Below are positions 29,301 through 39,046 of a stretch of 64,000 bases of DNA, piece by piece. Below the pieces are notes generated by a model. That model saw nothing but the letters and a program-made list of their open reading frames with translations, was not told the DNA's origin and searched no databases. Origin of the DNA: Bacteroidota bacterium (GTDB lineage Bacteria > Bacteroidota > Rhodothermia > Rhodothermales > UBA10348); contig JADFHF010000015.1 in the NCBI GenBank assembly GCA_022567305.1, positions 1-64,000 on the forward strand. The letters are read 5' to 3'. Each line of letters starts with the position of its first letter. Positions within the stretch are counted from its first letter, which is position 1. Made by a program: the position numbers and the translations under genes.

Positions 29301-29864
29301 CAGCTGCGATCCGGAGCCGCCATCCACATGAGCCATCTGCAGCTTCACGGGGCTGAAACCGATCCCTTTCGCCACCACGAAATAATTACCGTCAGGAGCC
29401 CACTCCGGCGATTCGTATTTATTGTCCTTCCCCTCCGTTAGCTGCTTGGTATCCAGGGAGTCAAGGCCAATGGTCCAGACATTCTCTCCGCCATCACGGT
29501 CGGAGACGAAGAGTACCTTTTTTCCATCCGGACTGTACCGGGGCTGAGAATCAAAGGCCATTCCTGTTGTCAGCGTATCGGCTTTTCCGCCGGAAATCGG
29601 AATCGTAAAGAGGTCCCCCAGAAAATCAAACACGAGCCGCTGACCGTCCGGACTGACGTCAAGAGAAATCCAGGACCCTTCGGTCGCGGAATAGATCAGT
29701 TTCCGCTCAGCGGGAAGAGGCAGGTCGGCCTCCTCATCGATCTTCGATTTGGTGGAATCGTCGACGGCCTCCGTTTTGTCTTCATCCTGCGCCTTCGTGT
29801 CGGGAATGCCTACGTTTAGAATAAAACACGCGAAGAGGAGCGATAGAAGGGATCGAATTCTCAT
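26397..29864 (-). CDS. TolB-like beta-propeller (PD40 repeats) fused to a C-terminal amidohydrolase domain, with a charged low-complexity linker
   Basis: 1155 aa with a signal peptide. The N-terminal two-thirds carry many SPDG(K/Q) PD40-type repeats. A linker reads KKAKEEAEEAKKKEEEEKKKKDEEEQDGDEGDEDEDDGEDEDGDENGESEEDDDEDEG. The C-terminus has ITPGFVDTHSHMW and amidohydrolase motifs. Confidence 0.7.
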   Translation of the reverse strand: MRIRSLLSLLFACFILNVGIPDTKAQDEDKTEAVDDSTKSKIDEEADLPLPAERKLIYSATEGSWISLDVSPDGQRLVFDFLGDLFTIPISGGKADTLTTGMAFDSQPRYSPDGKKVLFVSDRDGGENVWTIGLDSLDTKQLTEGKDNKYESPEWAPDGNYFVVAKGIGFSPVKLQMAHVDGGSGSQLIKEPENARTTGPAFSTDGRYIWYAQRTRTWQYNAVFPQYWIVKYDRETGKKVTRAFRYGSAIRPTLSPDGKWLVYGTRYEAETGLILRNLETGDESWLAYPIQHDDQESVASRDALPGMSFTPDSEALIASYGGKIWRIPIDGSGETEIPFEIDVDIDLGPEVDFDYPIEDTPTFTVRQIRDAVPSPDGSQLAFTALDDLYVMDYPDGDPERITQSDAVDAHPAWSPDGQWIAYVMWDGSEGQIMKARANGRGNPEQLTSLSGIYTQLAWSPGGQRIVAIRGSARAYRDMTGPGGFGTADDIVWVSADGGETHFIAPTEGRGTPHFTADRNRIYLFGGSKGLVSIRWDGTDEKAHLKVTGQTRPGQKQPNRPGLIRMAPVGDQALVEMNNEIYVVTVPVLGGDTPTISVADPEKASFPARKLTKIGGQFPTWSSNAELVHWSIGNAHFRYDLAEGKRIDDIIAAEKKAKEEAEEAKKKEEEEKKKKDEEEQDGDEGDEDEDDGEDEDGDENGESEEDDDEDEGTKPYEPDEHRVLIEASRDIPQGTVVLRGARLITMNGDEVIEDGAIVITNNRITEVGTSSSVMTPSGADEIDVSGTTITPGFVDTHSHMWPAWGIHKPSSWIYQANMAYGVTATRDPQTATTDVLTYGDEVTAGMMIGPRVYSTGPGVFGGYVTDPIKDLDAARDLLKRYSEYYDTKTIKMYMAGNRQQRQWIIIAAREQRLMPTTEGGLDLKYNLTMMIDGYPGQEHALPIFPLYSDVVKLMATSGITYTPTLLVSYGGPFAEEYYYATENPHDDPKLRRFTPHEEIDQKTRRRGGAGSGWFMYDEHVFQKHAKMAKEIIEEGGRIGVGSHGQLQGLGYHWELWSLASGGMKPHDALRAATIFGADAIGLGEDLGSIESGKLADLVIMNENPLDDIRNTNTIRYVMKNGRLYSGDDLSEVWPEVRPAPLTKQNDPPANLGAGLR

Positions 29865-29991
29865 GGTACCGGAATGATCGGGTAAGAAGGTGAATGGCGC
29901 ACGCTGCGTTCGCGGCCGTGAAGATTAAGGAATCAGATTCGAATCCAGAAATGATTTTTTCCTTCAGCGGTGCACGTTGATCGCGACTCAG

Positions 29992-32349
29992 TCAGAGCGT
30001 CGCGCGACCTATGGTTGCGGAGAACTCACGCCCGTTTAGGCGGGCAGCCACGTCAATACGAAAAGGCAGACGAAACGGGTACGTCAATCCCAGACCAATC
30101 TCGTGAACTTCGCCGCCCGGCCAGAGGGTTTCTTCGGTCTCCCATACTTTTCCGTGTGCCCCGAACAAAACGATTCCGGAGCCCTGCTGGGCCAGGCGCC
30201 ACAAGCCCAGACTCTCCATAAGCGCTGTCGTAAAGTCATGCTCCCAGAAAACCGCCACCAGCCGCCGCCCGACGATCGGTCGTTCTGAAACCGTCCGAAA
30301 CGACCCCGAGAGAGCATAAAATCCGGCTGAGCCGTCGAGCAGAGTCGAACGCTGAACCGGAACGTCTCCGGAATACGTGGCTCCAATCATCGTTACGAGG
30401 AGTCTGTTCGGGCGACCACGATTTCGAAAAAACGTACGAGTTTTCAGCGTCAGTGTGCCGTAGATCTTGGCAAAATCGAAATCGGATTGTAGAAGCGTCG
30501 GTATCGCTCGCTCGAACTCGATCGAGAGCCTCGCCTTCTCGGTGCCCAGATCAACTTTTGCAGATAGAGAAGTCAGTTTTCCGTCTGAGATTTTCGGGTT
30601 TGGCCTCTGAACATTTCGAAACACGGACCCATTGAACTCAGCGTTTTTTTTCACTGACGAATGTTCTTCAATGCGGGCAAATACTCGGAAGTGATTGTGC
30701 TTTGAATGGCTATCAAGTTGTAACCCAACCCGTAACTGCTTCATCCTGTAGTAATCGAAGTAGTCATCATACCCCAAATAAGTCATCAAGCCGGGTACGA
30801 ACAGGCCGTACCTCGAGGACGTCGCCACCGGTTGAGTAGCGTCCAGACCAGAAAGAAAAAATGAGCCTGAATTCTCCGCAAATGAAAACGGAACCCCCAC
30901 GCTCGCGCCGTAGGAGAACTTCTCTCGATCGCTTGCATATCCAATTCGGCCTCCAATCTTCAGACCGCTTCGCGTCGTCGATGACATCTTTAGTCCAGGA
31001 TGCCATCCGTCCACACGGTTGTACCACACCCAGGAATTTCGAATCAAATATTCCACCCAGTTGGCCGACCTTGATTCATCTTCAGCGGTGTTCTCCGTCA
31101 CATCAATCGCCGTGTATTGCCTCAGCAACCCATCCGGCCGAAAAGCTCGATCAATCGTCATTTTCGGATCCAGTTTCGAGAGGGATTCCGTCTCTCGCGG
31201 CGTCAACGGAACGATCGTCGGGTTTCGGACAAACAAAAAATCAGAATGGTCAACCAACGGGTGATACCTCTGTGTGCGGTCATCACTGAACATGGAATCC
31301 GGGACGGGTGCGTCAATTGCGTAGTTCGATATGCTTGAGATCTGTTCGAAGCGAGCCGGAGGATACGTGGCTCCCAGTCGTCCAAACACGACCTCTCCGC
31401 GGGCCGTCAGATCCAAGGGTACGATGATCCCACCATCCAGTGCGAGGAAGTGCTGTTGATAACGGACGTTGTATAATTGAACCGGAGGGGTAACAACCGT
31501 CGGTGGTTCCGGATGAGCCTCCAATTCCAAGATGGCAAACAGCGAATCGATTACCGCAATGTGCCCCGTAAACGACGGTCGAGTCGTGGTTCTTGGGGTG
31601 AAGTATATATCCCAAACCGTGGTATCATCGATCATCCGCCTTCCACCGAGACGAAATCGATAAATATCGAGGGCATCCGGATGCGTTGGCGTGGCGTACA
31701 GCGTTCCACGAAGCCGTACCTCGTCGTCGTAAAAATTCGGAACGGTTACGGGACCGGCAAAACGGAACGTTCCGCCTCCTCTGGGACGTATTCGTCTGGC
31801 GCGAACGATCTCCCGGCTGCCGTATTCATTCTTCCAAAAGGCAGATCGGACCGATTCGTTGACCTGAATCGGATCAAAATCGCGAAACAGCCAGAATCGC
31901 GTGTAGACTTCCGAATAGCTTGATACGTACTGAGCTCGCCAGACGGATTTCCTTTGAAGGACCTGTCGCATGATGTTCACGGCAGGGTTTTCTCCCGACA
32001 CGATCACCTCACTGAGTTCAACAGGTACGGGATGTAAAGCGAACGAAATCTGATCGTCCGCGCCGCCAACGATTTCACGAAATTCAGTTCGATATCCGAT
32101 ATGCCGAACAATGAGCACGGCGGGAATTCGATCCAGGGTGATCAGAAAACGACCGTTTTCGTTCGTGACCGAACCCCTATACGTTCCTTCAATCTGCACG
32201 GTGGCTGAGTTCAGAACCTGCCCGGTAACGGCATCCGTCACGAGGCCACGAATCTGTATTTGCGCTGTTGACTGAAGTGCGGACAGATCGAATAACACGA
32301 TAGCAACAACGATAAATCTGCCCATATCTCCGGTACTTTGGAGCCACAC
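29992..32349 (-). CDS. Carboxypeptidase-regulatory-like domain + DUF5686-type protein
   Basis: 785 aa (the start may be the internal Met 8 codons in). The N-terminal GLVTDAVTGQVLNSATVQIEGTYRGSVTNENGRFLI is CarbopepD_reg-like. The remainder is typical of Bacteroidota DUF5686 proteins, assigned from memory. Confidence 0.55.
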   Translation of the reverse strand: MWLQSTGDMGRFIVVAIVLFDLSALQSTAQIQIRGLVTDAVTGQVLNSATVQIEGTYRGSVTNENGRFLITLDRIPAVLIVRHIGYRTEFREIVGGADDQISFALHPVPVELSEVIVSGENPAVNIMRQVLQRKSVWRAQYVSSYSEVYTRFWLFRDFDPIQVNESVRSAFWKNEYGSREIVRARRIRPRGGGTFRFAGPVTVPNFYDDEVRLRGTLYATPTHPDALDIYRFRLGGRRMIDDTTVWDIYFTPRTTTRPSFTGHIAVIDSLFAILELEAHPEPPTVVTPPVQLYNVRYQQHFLALDGGIIVPLDLTARGEVVFGRLGATYPPARFEQISSISNYAIDAPVPDSMFSDDRTQRYHPLVDHSDFLFVRNPTIVPLTPRETESLSKLDPKMTIDRAFRPDGLLRQYTAIDVTENTAEDESRSANWVEYLIRNSWVWYNRVDGWHPGLKMSSTTRSGLKIGGRIGYASDREKFSYGASVGVPFSFAENSGSFFLSGLDATQPVATSSRYGLFVPGLMTYLGYDDYFDYYRMKQLRVGLQLDSHSKHNHFRVFARIEEHSSVKKNAEFNGSVFRNVQRPNPKISDGKLTSLSAKVDLGTEKARLSIEFERAIPTLLQSDFDFAKIYGTLTLKTRTFFRNRGRPNRLLVTMIGATYSGDVPVQRSTLLDGSAGFYALSGSFRTVSERPIVGRRLVAVFWEHDFTTALMESLGLWRLAQQGSGIVLFGAHGKVWETEETLWPGGEVHEIGLGLTYPFRLPFRIDVAARLNGREFSATIGRATL

Positions 32350-32505
32350 GTGGTGTTACGGTGCTAGTCCGTTGACGAATCTGGTGCGGTCGAACAGTCG
32401 ATTACAACCACTGCCAAGACGAAACTGCCTGCGTGATTACGTGTTATTGGCTGGAATATTCTGTTCGACTTCGAAGATTTAAACGGGTGGTCGCGACGAT
32501 ACCGA

Positions 32506-32778
32506 ATGTATGATCTAATCGGCAAACGGGTACGAATCCACCTTTACGATAAGACGGGTATCGTCCTGGGCACTGTTCTTGGGCGCGTCGCCGATGTAGC
32601 GGTTGACGTCGAGGTGTCCGAAGGGATGAATAAGGATTTAGTCTATGTGGTCGACCTTGAGACCGGCGACCCTGATGTCCCGTACAGGAACAGTATGGGA
32701 GAAGAAAATGAATCGTGGTTTGCGATCCAGGACGTGGAAGTTATCGATGACGAATCTCCGCGTCTATTTGTGAATTGA
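32506..32778 (+). CDS. Small hypothetical protein (90 aa)
   Basis: Isolated ORF with plausible composition and no homolog recognised. Confidence 0.25.
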   Translation: MYDLIGKRVRIHLYDKTGIVLGTVLGRVADVAVDVEVSEGMNKDLVYVVDLETGDPDVPYRNSMGEENESWFAIQDVEVIDDESPRLFVN

Positions 32779-32786
32779 CGATTCCG

Positions 32787-33947
32787 TCAGAAGTAGATGC
32801 GGCCGCGAAGAAACCCACCGATTTGATCCAAGCCATACTCATCACCCGGCCCACCCAGGTTGAGTAATCCGTTGAATAGCAGATCCACGTTTTCGGCAAA
32901 TGAATAAGCGATTGACGGGATGACGACCGCACTTCCATCTCCGGGATTGATCAACGAAACCATCCCGAGCGTCCACAACTGACCCACCGATCGTCGCACC
33001 ATGCCGACGACGGTAGTGTTACCAAGTGTTCTCCGCGTCCCGGATAGTTTTTCAAGCCAGGCTTGAGCCGAATACGGCCCCTCCGACTTTCCTCTGCCAT
33101 TGAAGAAGGCCTCAACGAGAATCAGGGTGCCGTCGGCGAGCGAGTAATTTCCGCCAACAGTGAGTTCACCCCAAGTCTGATCGCCTCTTCTTGACCAGGT
33201 GCCTTCTGACCATACTCCCAGACCCAACAGCTCTCCGGTGATATCACCGCCGACGACCAATCGGCGCTCGCTTGAAACCGTTTTCAGCAGTAAAGATTCA
33301 TCGGAGATCGACGCAACAAGACCCGTCACATCGAACCCGGCTACGTGATGCCTTAACCGTACGACTCTGCCGCTCTGATCGATACTACCGTTCGGGACGA
33401 AACCCACCAGCAGTTCACTCATCGGACCCAGAGCGAATCGAACGGACAGGGCAGCGATGCCTTCCCGATCGTATCCCGGCTCCAGCGCATTCTTCGGACG
33501 AAACAATTCGGTTGGATTGAAAACCCATGCAGCCCCCCAATTCAGGTATTGCTTACCGGCCGTGACTTCGATTAACCGCGAACCCAAAACGACGTATGCA
33601 TGATTCAAATAATTACGATTGGTGAGCACGGCGAGAACTGAATCCTGACCGAATTGAATCCCGTCCGGGAGAAAGTCTGACGATTCCAGCCGTGTATCGC
33701 CGCGGTAAAGCTGGTAAATGACACTGACCGAAGCACGACTTCCCTTTCCAGCACGAACATTTAAATCGGCTCGAAAACGATCGTAATCAATCTGGCGCCA
33801 TCGATCCTGAACACGGGTCAAACTGTATTGGTGTTCCAGATACCCTGAAAGTCGAGTATCCAGCTGAGCTTGGGCCGGTCTGACATCGATACTGGCCACC
33901 ATGACGAGCGAGAACGAAACTGCTCGGATCCATCCGATTCGACTCAT
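32787..33947 (-). CDS. Hypothetical outer-membrane beta-barrel protein, signal peptide
   Basis: 386 aa. It is the last gene of the LolA-like/ABC operon, with a beta-strand-like alternating pattern and a C-terminal F. Confidence 0.4.
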   Translation of the reverse strand: MSRIGWIRAVSFSLVMVASIDVRPAQAQLDTRLSGYLEHQYSLTRVQDRWRQIDYDRFRADLNVRAGKGSRASVSVIYQLYRGDTRLESSDFLPDGIQFGQDSVLAVLTNRNYLNHAYVVLGSRLIEVTAGKQYLNWGAAWVFNPTELFRPKNALEPGYDREGIAALSVRFALGPMSELLVGFVPNGSIDQSGRVVRLRHHVAGFDVTGLVASISDESLLLKTVSSERRLVVGGDITGELLGLGVWSEGTWSRRGDQTWGELTVGGNYSLADGTLILVEAFFNGRGKSEGPYSAQAWLEKLSGTRRTLGNTTVVGMVRRSVGQLWTLGMVSLINPGDGSAVVIPSIAYSFAENVDLLFNGLLNLGGPGDEYGLDQIGGFLRGRIYF

Positions 33948-33948
33948 G

Positions 33949-34731
33949 CTACGTACCGGACTCCAGGTGACGAATCGTAAATATGTAGTCAGGTACGTCT
34001 GCGTTGAAATCGAGCTCTATAAACTGGAGGGTCGTCTGTGTCTCGGATTGAAGGGCGTTATTCAAATCGATCCGAAACGGATACCAGCGATCGCCTAACT
34101 CCCTTACATCACTCATGTGAGCCGTCTTCAAGAGTTTCCCACTCCGGGCGTAGCGTTCCTCCTTGAGAGGTACCCATCTTTCGGCATCCACCCAGATGCG
34201 CCGGGATGGATAGGAGACGTCTTTTCTCTTTGCTGTCAAATAAAGTACGAGGCTGGGCCTTCCCGAGAGCGTATCCGATCGTTCGATGACGGCATCGTAA
34301 TCCTCACTCATGCTGGGATTCTCACTTGCATCGCCATACGAAAAATCACTCCCCATGAGACCCTGCCGGAGCATGTGTCCTTGAATTCTAATGCTCTTTC
34401 CGGCGCGTGGGAGATAGATCCACATGTTGTCGTCCAGCCTGAGAAACCGACTACCCGCGTCTCTTGCAGGCGAAACAAATTCCAGGAAAGACTTTTCTGT
34501 ACCGACACCCCATGAATTAAACTCCAGCTCACGAACGTCCCCCCCTCGATACGTGATGGTCATGACAGCCTTCGTTTGTGCGGTACGTATGGTCATGTTT
34601 TCGTCCACGCGTCGAAGTATTTCCTCCGGCGTCGGCTGGGCGACGCATTCATTCATCGTCCATGGTCCAAAAAAGAGGGCAACCACAACGAAGAGGCTCA
34701 AACGGGTCATTTTCACGAATAGGTTGTCCAT
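33949..34731 (-). CDS. LolA-like outer-membrane lipoprotein-sorting family protein
   Basis: 260 aa with a signal peptide. It resembles the DUF4292/LolA-fold proteins that accompany FtsX-type ABC transporters in Bacteroidota. Confidence 0.5.
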   Translation of the reverse strand: MDNLFVKMTRLSLFVVVALFFGPWTMNECVAQPTPEEILRRVDENMTIRTAQTKAVMTITYRGGDVRELEFNSWGVGTEKSFLEFVSPARDAGSRFLRLDDNMWIYLPRAGKSIRIQGHMLRQGLMGSDFSYGDASENPSMSEDYDAVIERSDTLSGRPSLVLYLTAKRKDVSYPSRRIWVDAERWVPLKEERYARSGKLLKTAHMSDVRELGDRWYPFRIDLNNALQSETQTTLQFIELDFNADVPDYIFTIRHLESGT

Positions 34732-34770
34732 TTAATCGTGCACTTTAACCTTGCACATTAATCATGCATT

Positions 34771-36045
34771 TTAGTCATGCATGGCTTCAGCAGGGGTTTT
34801 CCGAACGGCCCGCCAGGCTGGATAGCAGGAGGCGAGTACCGCCGTCAACATACCAAGCAAAGCGCTTGCCAGACTGTAGGCGGGAGTCCAATTCGGATAC
34901 ATGATACTCTTGAAGGGCACGTCGATGTTCGTGGTTGCAGCGCTTACGTCAATTCCAATTTTCGAGATCCAGATGGCGACGGTAGTACCTAACGCTCCTC
35001 CCACGAGGGCACCGACGAAGCCGATGGCCAGACCCTCCAAAATGATCAGTCGCACGATATCCGATCGCCGTAATCCAAGGGCTGCGAGCATCCCGAATTC
35101 CCGCGTACGTTCCATGACGGTCATCATCATCGTATTTACGATAATCAGGCTGGCCATCAACAATAAAATGAACAAGATGATGCCCATCATCGGGCGCGTT
35201 GTATTCATGATCTTAACGAGCGGTCCCTGCTCTGTCCACGATAATACCTCGATATCCTCCAGGGCGGCCTGCTTAAATCGAGAGATAAGATCAGCGGCGA
35301 GTGCATCCGCGAAATTCGGCTCGGCGGTGAAGGCGACAATTTCGGTAGCGCCGTTCTCGAGATCGATGAGTAACTGTGCTGATTCGATCGAACTAAGCAT
35401 CAAACGACTGTCAAGCGCAGACAGACCCGTCGTTCCAATTCCGCTGATGATGAACCGCAACGCGCCCAGTGATCGATAGGATGTCTGAGTAAGGAGCGTC
35501 AGTGTGTCGCCGATGCTCGCGTCAAGACGCTCTGCCATTCCTTCTCCTATCATCATTTCTGGGAGACCAGGTGAAAAACCGGCCCGCGATCCCGGATGTG
35601 GTAAACGACCAGACGTGACCATGGCGGACGGATTCAAATAGCCTTCCTCGGCATCCAGATCTACGCCCAGAAGCAGGCCGGGCCTATTGGAATCAACCCC
35701 ATCAACGAGTACAGCCGCCCGTATTCTGGGTAGAACAGCGACAACCTGTTCGTGCATCTCAATAATGGGCATAATTTCCGACAGATTGCGAATACTGAGA
35801 TGTGCCGGCAACGAGCGATCACGTTCTGAATACCCTTCTTTCCGAATTCGCACGTGCCCGGACTCCGTCTTTGCATAGGTCTCGAGCATGCTATTCATGA
35901 CGCCGTCGATGTGGGAAATCGCATACGTCATTGAGGCAACGGCCACTGCAACGGCGGTGGCCGTTAACAGCGTTCGTCTCGTATTACGACGCGTATTTCG
36001 CCACGAGATTCGCCAGAAAGGAATATTTCTTTCGACCTCAGACAA
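34771..36045 (-). CDS. ABC transporter permease, FtsX/MacB/LolE-like
   Basis: 424 aa with an N-terminal TM, a large periplasmic domain and a C-terminal 3-TM FtsX domain (MERTREFGMLAALGLRRSDI). Confidence 0.75.
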   Translation of the reverse strand: MSEVERNIPFWRISWRNTRRNTRRTLLTATAVAVAVASMTYAISHIDGVMNSMLETYAKTESGHVRIRKEGYSERDRSLPAHLSIRNLSEIMPIIEMHEQVVAVLPRIRAAVLVDGVDSNRPGLLLGVDLDAEEGYLNPSAMVTSGRLPHPGSRAGFSPGLPEMMIGEGMAERLDASIGDTLTLLTQTSYRSLGALRFIISGIGTTGLSALDSRLMLSSIESAQLLIDLENGATEIVAFTAEPNFADALAADLISRFKQAALEDIEVLSWTEQGPLVKIMNTTRPMMGIILFILLLMASLIIVNTMMMTVMERTREFGMLAALGLRRSDIVRLIILEGLAIGFVGALVGGALGTTVAIWISKIGIDVSAATTNIDVPFKSIMYPNWTPAYSLASALLGMLTAVLASCYPAWRAVRKTPAEAMHD

Positions 36046-36050
36046 TGAGT

Positions 36051-37328
36051 TTATACATAGCGTAGGGCGGTAGCTGGACGAAGTCTGCTGGCTCGCGTCG
36101 CAGGATATAGAGATGCAATGGCAGACAGAATTCCCGTTAGAACCCAGCTCACGAGAAATAAGGTCATGCTCATGGCCGGGTACATCATGTCTTTGATGGG
36201 ATAGCCTATGTCAATTTCTCCATAAAGCGCGTTGAGATCGATCCCTGTACTGGCAAAATATCCGACGACCAGCATGGCTACGATCGTTCCGATCGCACCG
36301 CCAACGAATCCGGTCAGGGCGCCTTCGACCAGAAATAAACCTCGAATGCCGCTCGGCCTGAATCCCATGGCCATCATAGTCCCGATTTCTCGTGTGCGTT
36401 CATACGTTGCCATCACAATCGTATTTGTGATGCCCACGATCGCCATAATCACAAAGATGGAAAGGAAAACCCCCTGCGCTGTGCGCTTCATCTCAACCAG
36501 AGCCATGAAGTCCTCTTCGACTTCCTTCCAGGTCTTGATTTCTAGATTGGACTGATCGCCGAGCACAGCCGAGAGGCGCCGAACAACGGAGGTTTCTGCC
36601 GCAGACGGTTGAAAACGTATTGCAATTTCCGTGGCCTCACCTCTCGTATCCAGCATTTCCTGAGCGATCTCCAATGGCAAAAGGAATCCGTTCCGATCTA
36701 TCGCCGGAAATCCCGTTCCCAAAAGGCCAATAATTTCGAGGTCAAGCGCTTCATAGGCCCCATCACGTGTTTTCAAAAGAACCGTCAGGTAATCACCACT
36801 TTTCACCTCGAAAAATTCTGCCAGACTAACGCCTAATAGCATCCCTTCGACTCCCTCTTCCAGATAAAAACCGTCTACAACCGCGTCCTTGATCCGGAAC
36901 ACTTCTGAGTCGCTCCCTCTGATTCGAATTCCGGTCCCGATACTCGTGATTTGATCGACTCCATCGGACAACTGCGCCGAAAAGGCGAGGCGTGATGTGG
37001 TCGCCGCGACCCCTTCAACCGCACGAATCAGTGCTTCCGTTTCATCCAGAGACGTTAACGTAAAGTTGAGAGGCAATTCATCTCGATTCTCGAAGTACCC
37101 AGCGGCATACACTTTTGCGTGCGCCGTCTGATAATTGATCAAGTTGTCGAATGATTGGCGCTCGATTCCGATGAGCAAGGCCGTTAGCACTTCCAGAAGA
37201 AAAACTGCAAACCCGACGGTGCTCGCCGTGAGTAGTGTTCGACGGCGAGATCGGGCTAGATTCCGCCACGCTATTCGCACGGTCGTCCCGATTCCTATCT
37301 TACCGGCAATGAGATCTTCAGATGGCAT
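36051..37328 (-). CDS. ABC transporter permease, FtsX/MacB/LolE-like (second copy)
   Basis: Same architecture as the first permease (YERTREIGTMMAMGFRPSGI). The start is taken at MPSEDLIAGKIG, 8 nt after the ATPase stop. The ORF-track start at 37418 overlaps the ATPase gene and is probably too long. Confidence 0.7.
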   Translation of the reverse strand: MPSEDLIAGKIGIGTTVRIAWRNLARSRRRTLLTASTVGFAVFLLEVLTALLIGIERQSFDNLINYQTAHAKVYAAGYFENRDELPLNFTLTSLDETEALIRAVEGVAATTSRLAFSAQLSDGVDQITSIGTGIRIRGSDSEVFRIKDAVVDGFYLEEGVEGMLLGVSLAEFFEVKSGDYLTVLLKTRDGAYEALDLEIIGLLGTGFPAIDRNGFLLPLEIAQEMLDTRGEATEIAIRFQPSAAETSVVRRLSAVLGDQSNLEIKTWKEVEEDFMALVEMKRTAQGVFLSIFVIMAIVGITNTIVMATYERTREIGTMMAMGFRPSGIRGLFLVEGALTGFVGGAIGTIVAMLVVGYFASTGIDLNALYGEIDIGYPIKDMMYPAMSMTLFLVSWVLTGILSAIASLYPATRASRLRPATALRYV

Positions 37329-38037
37329 TCTGTACGGGCTCCGTTCTTTCGTCTGACTCGATTTTCCCGTCTCTGAGCAGAACCAGGCGGGTCGCATACT
37401 CCATAACGAGCGGATCATGTGTGGAGAACACGAATGTGGTCCCGAATTTTTCGTTCATCGCCTGCATCAGGACCATAATCTCCCTTGCCGTCTCGCTGTC
37501 CAGGTTGGCCGTTGGTTCATCGGCAAGCACGATGGTAGGATTCTTGACAAGGGCTCTGGCTATCGCGACCCGTTGCTGCTGGCCACCGCTCAGTTCATTG
37601 GGCCGGCGATCCAGTAAATCACCGAGCCCCACTTCCACCAGGATCTTTTCCACTTTATCCCTCCTCTCGTCCCGATCGGTCATGCCTCTGAGCTGGAGAG
37701 GCAATTCTGCATTCTCAATCACCGTCAGGACGGGAACCAGATTAAAGGTCTGAAACACGAACCCAAGATTTGTATTTCGGAAGTCTGCCAATTCTTTATT
37801 GGAGAGCCCGTTAATCGAGTGTCCACCAATCCAGATATCCCCTGAAGTCGCCGTATCGAGCGCTCCCAATAAGTTGAGTAGTGTTGTTTTTCCTGAGCCC
37901 GACGGACCGGCCAGAGAAAGAAAGGCGCCTTTCTCAATATCGAGATCAACGCCACGAACGGCCGGGACAGATAAATTGCCTACGCGGTATGTCTTCGTCA
38001 CGTTTCTGACGCGAGCAGCCAGTTCAGCTTCGTTCAT
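37318..38037 (-). CDS. ABC transporter ATP-binding protein (LolD/MacB-type)
   Basis: 239 aa with Walker A GPSGSGKTT, signature LSGGQQQRVAIARAL and Walker B LADEPT. Confidence 0.85.
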   Translation of the reverse strand: MNEAELAARVRNVTKTYRVGNLSVPAVRGVDLDIEKGAFLSLAGPSGSGKTTLLNLLGALDTATSGDIWIGGHSINGLSNKELADFRNTNLGFVFQTFNLVPVLTVIENAELPLQLRGMTDRDERRDKVEKILVEVGLGDLLDRRPNELSGGQQQRVAIARALVKNPTIVLADEPTANLDSETAREIMVLMQAMNEKFGTTFVFSTHDPLVMEYATRLVLLRDGKIESDERTEPVQNAI

Positions 38038-38180
38038 CTCTTCTTATCCTCATCTGGGTCGTTCTCTTCGAGCGTGATGGACTTCGCACAGCACGTAATA
38101 TCGGGTTTCCAGAGCCGCCTGTTCTGAATACGATTCCTATTTCATACTATTATCTCTCTCTAAATCGACCTGGATGACCC

Positions 38181-39041
38181 ATGAATAGCCGTGTAATTGG
38201 CCGTTATCCCCTGGTTTCCCTCGTTCCGATGATACTTGCCGTTGCCCTTCTCTGTGCACGATGCGCAGCGCCTGGTGATTCAAGGCCGCCCGATTCAGGG
38301 CCGGACCACTCAGGGCCTGTCACTCTTGAGCAACTTTTCACCGGGGAAGTTACCGTCCTTGATCTTTCACACGCCCTGAGTTCAACCAATCCGGTTTGGC
38401 GTGAAGGAGCGGAAAGCCCTTTTCAATATGAAGTGCTGGCGGCCCACGAAAGTGGACTGCCCATTATGGGTGCATTTAGAACAGCCGAGCACTACGGTAC
38501 CCACATCGACGCGCCCATTCATGGAGGCGATCATCTTCCAACGGTCGACGAAATTGATCTGGATAATTTGTTTGCCCCTGCTGTTGTCATCGACATTTCG
38601 GCGCAGAGCGCTCTAGACGCCGACTACGCGCTTACCGTAGAAGATATTCAGAACTGGGAGGCCGAATACGGTCGGATGCCGACGGGGTCGATCGTTCTGC
38701 TCTACACCGGCTGGAGTGAAAAATGGGACGATCCCGAGGCCTACCCAAACCGCGATACCGATGGCCGACTTCACTTTCCGGGATTTTCGAGTGAGGCCGC
38801 GCAGTACCTGATCGACGAACGATCCATAAAAGGTGTTGGAATTGACAACATGAGCATCGATCCGGCGGCCGGAAACGGCTTCCCGGCGCACCGTGTAGTC
38901 AACGGCTCAGGGCGAATTCATCTTGAAAACGTAGCCAACGTTCACTTGCTCCCCGCAGCGGGTGCCTATCTGATCGTGGCGCCGATAAAGATCGAGCGCG
39001 GATCAGGGGGACCCGTACGCATTTTTGGAATCGTTCCCTAG
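38181..39041 (+). CDS. Cyclase-family protein (kynurenine formamidase-like), lipoprotein signal
   Basis: 286 aa with the HYGTHIDAPIH motif typical of the PF04199 cyclase / arylformamidase family. Confidence 0.65.
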   Translation: MNSRVIGRYPLVSLVPMILAVALLCARCAAPGDSRPPDSGPDHSGPVTLEQLFTGEVTVLDLSHALSSTNPVWREGAESPFQYEVLAAHESGLPIMGAFRTAEHYGTHIDAPIHGGDHLPTVDEIDLDNLFAPAVVIDISAQSALDADYALTVEDIQNWEAEYGRMPTGSIVLLYTGWSEKWDDPEAYPNRDTDGRLHFPGFSSEAAQYLIDERSIKGVGIDNMSIDPAAGNGFPAHRVVNGSGRIHLENVANVHLLPAAGAYLIVAPIKIERGSGGPVRIFGIVP

Positions 39042-39046
39042 CTCGT

